A stretch of 64,000 bases of DNA from positions 1 to 64,000 of the IMG/VR virus record IMGVR_UViG_3300005365_000022, one strand, 5' to 3'. The stretch's first letter is position 1; every line of letters begins with the position of its first letter. Below are positions 61,008 to 64,000 of the stretch, piece by piece. The notes beneath the pieces are model-generated. The model did not search any database, was not told where the DNA came from, and saw only the letters and a program-made list of their open reading frames with translations. Both the position numbers and the translations under genes were made by a program. Source of the DNA: a virus (Duplodnaviria; Caudoviricetes).

Positions 61008-62641
61008 GGCTCGGTTCCCCACCGCAGGAAGCGCAGCTGCACGCCGGCCGCGGAGAGCTGCCATACCTGGCGAGCGAACAGCCGCGGGAACAGATCGATC
61101 ATGGCGCCTGCTTCGTGATCTCCATCGACGATCAGGCACGAGTTGCAGGCGCCGCGCTCGTCGCCCTGCGTGCGATCCCACCACGCCGCGATCGTGCAGC
61201 CGGCGATCGCGTGGAGCAGAAACTCGCCCTGCGGGCACTCCTCACTTTCGCGCTCCAGACGGTGACGCTGATCCCAGTCGTCACCGGCCATTCGAGTGAA
61301 CACGATCCGGTCATCCGGGATCGCGAACGGAGAGCGTGGTAGCCACGCTCTCGGGCGCAGGCGACGTGGCGCGAGCCCCCCATCGAGGTACGTCGCCTCG
61401 TAGATGCTGCCGCTCGGGCGCAGTGGGCACGGCCCAATCATGTCGGGACCTCTGCGCCCGTTGACGTCGTGGAGGTAATGCCCAGACTCGAGCCAGCAGC
61501 CGTGCCACCACGCTCTCGGGAGCGCTTCGCTCATGACGCCTCGTACGCCGGTAGGAACCCGGCGCCCTTCCCCATGTCGATGATCGCCCCATTGCCGACC
61601 AGCCGGCGCAGCACGTAATGGCTTTTCAGCTTTGGCATCCCGGTAGCCACGGACACCTCGTTGCAGGTGACGAGCCGGCGCTCCTCGGCGTAGCTCCTGC
61701 GCACGAACTCGAGCACGCGGGCATCGCTCGCTCGCGGCCTCGAAGCGGCGGGCTGCTGTCGCCGGGCGGCGTCGCGCGCAGGCCGGTGTGGCTCCGGCGC
61801 CACCTCCTGCACCCACCGGCGCGCCTCCTCTTCGCCGTCGTCGTACCATCCCGCGATCACCTCCTTCACGACCGCGGCTATCTGCTCGGCACCCGCGGCC
61901 GGCTCGATGACCGCCTGGAGATCGTCCACCAGCGCTCCCTTCGGGGCCGGGCGGTGGCTCCTGAAGTCGTGGTACGCGCCGCACGCGGCATCGAGCGCAA
62001 TCCGGCACAGCGCGCGCCGCGCATCTCCTTCTGCCTGGTCGGCGATGCCTAGCATCCTGCGATAGAGCCGCTCGGTAGCCTCCCCGAGCCGGGCGCGAAT
62101 CCCGGGGATCATCGCGCGCACCCAACGATGCGGGCGTCGGCCTCCCGGTGAGCCAGGACCACGATCGGGTGCGATCCTCCGGTGCAGTAGATGCGGCCCT
62201 GGATCTCGCCCGGCATGTCGACCGTGCGGTCCGGGAACCCGCCGGAGCCGTCGTATCCCGGATCTCCGCCGGGCACCCGCTGGCAGGTGTAGACGCCGCT
62301 CGGCCGGAGGTTCGCCAAGTACCAGCCGGGCCAGCACTCGGCGCGCCCTGGCTCCACGGCCATCGAGTAGCAGAGCAAGATCATCGATGCGATCGCGCAG
62401 GCGATATCGATCATCGATTCCTCGAATCGCACGCGGGGCACTTCCCGCCGATACATCCCGGCATACAATCGCAGTCGATCAGCGGCGCATTGCACTCCAT
62501 GCATCGTTCCGCTGTGTCCCAACGCCACCTCGCGCGTCCCATAGGCGGGCGCCACTTCAGGCGCGCAAGCACGAGCAGATCGTCGATGATCGCCAGTAAC
62601 AGCGCGGCTAACCCACGGACCAGCAGCCACACGACGATCAT
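61004..62641 (-). CDS. hypothetical ORFs (61004-61534; 61531-62112 with C-terminal wHTH; 62109-~62500; 62411-62641)
   Basis: Coupled ORFs; wHTH in VLEFVRR...TCNEVSVATG...LRRLVGNGAI. Confidence 0.45.
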
Positions 62642-63144
62642 CGCGTCACCTGCTCCTGAACAGCGCGTTCAACGGCTGACACCTGACCACGTTCGCGCTG
62701 TTCTTTTGGCGTCAGGTACCAGAATCCCTGCCACCCGCGGCACGCTACAGGGGTAGCCAGTACGCGCACGTCGCGCAGTACGTAGCCGATGGGCCCGAAG
62801 AACCACCGGCGCTGGTCGTCGGGTAGCTCGGCAGGATCGTAGGTACCGAGATCGATTACATGGTCGATAGTCGCAACCGCGATCACCGCGCTGGTGATGC
62901 GCGATAGCCTGTACCATTCCGTTGGCATTCCTCCGATGAATGCCCTCAACTCCGGCGCTATCCGGTGGCCGCGCTCGTACGCCTCATCTTCGATCTCTCG
63001 GCTCGCGTGGATCGCTAACGGCCTGCCGAAGTCCGATCGCTTGATCATCGGTCGTCTCCTATTCTCGATGAGCTTGATCTCTGCAGCGATCAGCCCTGCC
63101 CACGGCTGTGTCACCGTGAGCGCTCTCATGAAGTGCGCGGTCAC
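62638..63144 (-). CDS. ASCH domain protein
   Basis: MRALTVTQPWAGLI...IENR...LAIHAS...G.QGFW. Confidence 0.8.
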   Translation of the reverse strand: MTAHFMRALTVTQPWAGLIAAEIKLIENRRRPMIKRSDFGRPLAIHASREIEDEAYERGHRIAPELRAFIGGMPTEWYRLSRITSAVIAVATIDHVIDLGTYDPAELPDDQRRWFFGPIGYVLRDVRVLATPVACRGWQGFWYLTPKEQRERGQVSAVERAVQEQVTR

Positions 63145-64000
63145 CGCGGCCTCGCCTCGTGCCGCTGGCCGTCCAGGATCGGCAGGTGAATGGTCCGCTT
63201 CCCGCCCTCGCGTGTCCCGGTGATGCCGACGTCAGGACCGGTCCGCCCGTTCCACTGCTTGAACACGAAGGCCACGCCATGGCGAGCGGCGGCATCGCGC
63301 GCCGTTCGAACCCAGTCGGCCTGCGCCGGCCGGCGGCCCGGACCGCTCTCGTCGCCGACGATCAGCCAGTTGACCGATCCGAGTCCATCGCGACGTGGCA
63401 CGGGAAACGACTCAACGCCACCGACGCCATCTTCGGCGATCTCGAACTCGACATCGCGCGCCAGCACACCGTCCCAGTCCTTTGCCGCGATGTGCTCAAG
63501 CAGCGGCTCAGCGGATACGAACCGCACGACCGCTCTGATCTGGCGAAGCCGGTGCGCGCGCCAAAGCGACGACCGCGCACCGCACGTCGTGCCGACCCAG
63601 ACGTTCGGCCACGGGTCGCCGCCGTCCCGGTACCACGGCAGCAGCTTTGGTGCGTTCTCGATCCGCTTGGTGAGTAGCAACCAGTCGAGCCACGGGGTCC
63701 GCGGTATGAGCTCCCACAGCCGGGCGCGCTGCTCGTCCAGCAGCCTGCCGCGCTCGCCGCCGAGCATCTCCGCCCAGTCGGCCATCGACGAGCAGAACAC
63801 CCGGGCGCGCTTACCGGAGCGCTCTGCTGCGGCGTTCCACTTCAGCGGCTTCCGCCAGTATTCGTCGGACAGCAGCCGGCGCGGCGCGTCCGCCCCCCAG
63901 TGCTCCCCGCCGTACCGCCGGTCGAATCTCTCGGCGTAGCAGTTATCGCACTCCGGGCTGGTCGTCACCGGATCATCCGTTGACTGCGGACGGTCCTCTG
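63141..64000 (-). CDS. DUF5131 / phage Gp37-Gp68 radical-SAM-like protein (5' end at window edge)
   Basis: CDNCYAE, VFCSSMAD, LLTKR, NVWVGTT, RFVSAEPLL, WLIVG.ESG, FKQW. Confidence 0.85.
   Translation of the reverse strand, partial: EDRPQSTDDPVTTSPECDNCYAERFDRRYGGEHWGADAPRRLLSDEYWRKPLKWNAAAERSGKRARVFCSSMADWAEMLGGERGRLLDEQRARLWELIPRTPWLDWLLLTKRIENAPKLLPWYRDGGDPWPNVWVGTTCGARSSLWRAHRLRQIRAVVRFVSAEPLLEHIAAKDWDGVLARDVEFEIAEDGVGGVESFPVPRRDGLGSVNWLIVGDESGPGRRPAQADWVRTARDAAARHGVAFVFKQWNGRTGPDVGITGTREGGKRTIHLPILDGQRHEARPR

Overview
The whole window reads as one very GC-rich tailed-phage (or prophage) genome segment with a contractile tail; I see no host housekeeping genes. Layout: a + strand tail-fibre module (1-3422) converges on a long - strand morphogenesis block (baseplate, hub, tape measure, tube, sheath, neck, capsid, scaffold, MuF-like head protein, portal, intein-containing terminase; 3444-40910). 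The rest is a mostly - strand accessory arm with many small ORFs, two tRNAs and DNA/nucleotide-metabolism genes (methyltransferase, SNF2 helicase, AAA ATPase, glycosylase-like, SLOG, ASCH, DUF5131). The standout is 42066-43911: a solo RAMP/Cas7-like gene followed directly by a ~1 kb non-CRISPR array of about 30 variable units. The units are delimited by GTCGC, have lengths quantised at 5n+3 nt and show an internal GGN-NN pentamer rhythm, so this is a candidate phage RNA-guided system. Also notable: a LAGLIDADG domain inserted in-frame in a DNA methyltransferase with no intein splicing domain, a MuF protein ending in a PI3/4K-HipA-like kinase domain, and a family of leaderless sigma70-type promoters sharing an operator-like motif. 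All protein calls are by-eye motif recognition; no database search was run. No integrase, DNA polymerase, endolysin or prohead protease was recognised in the window.
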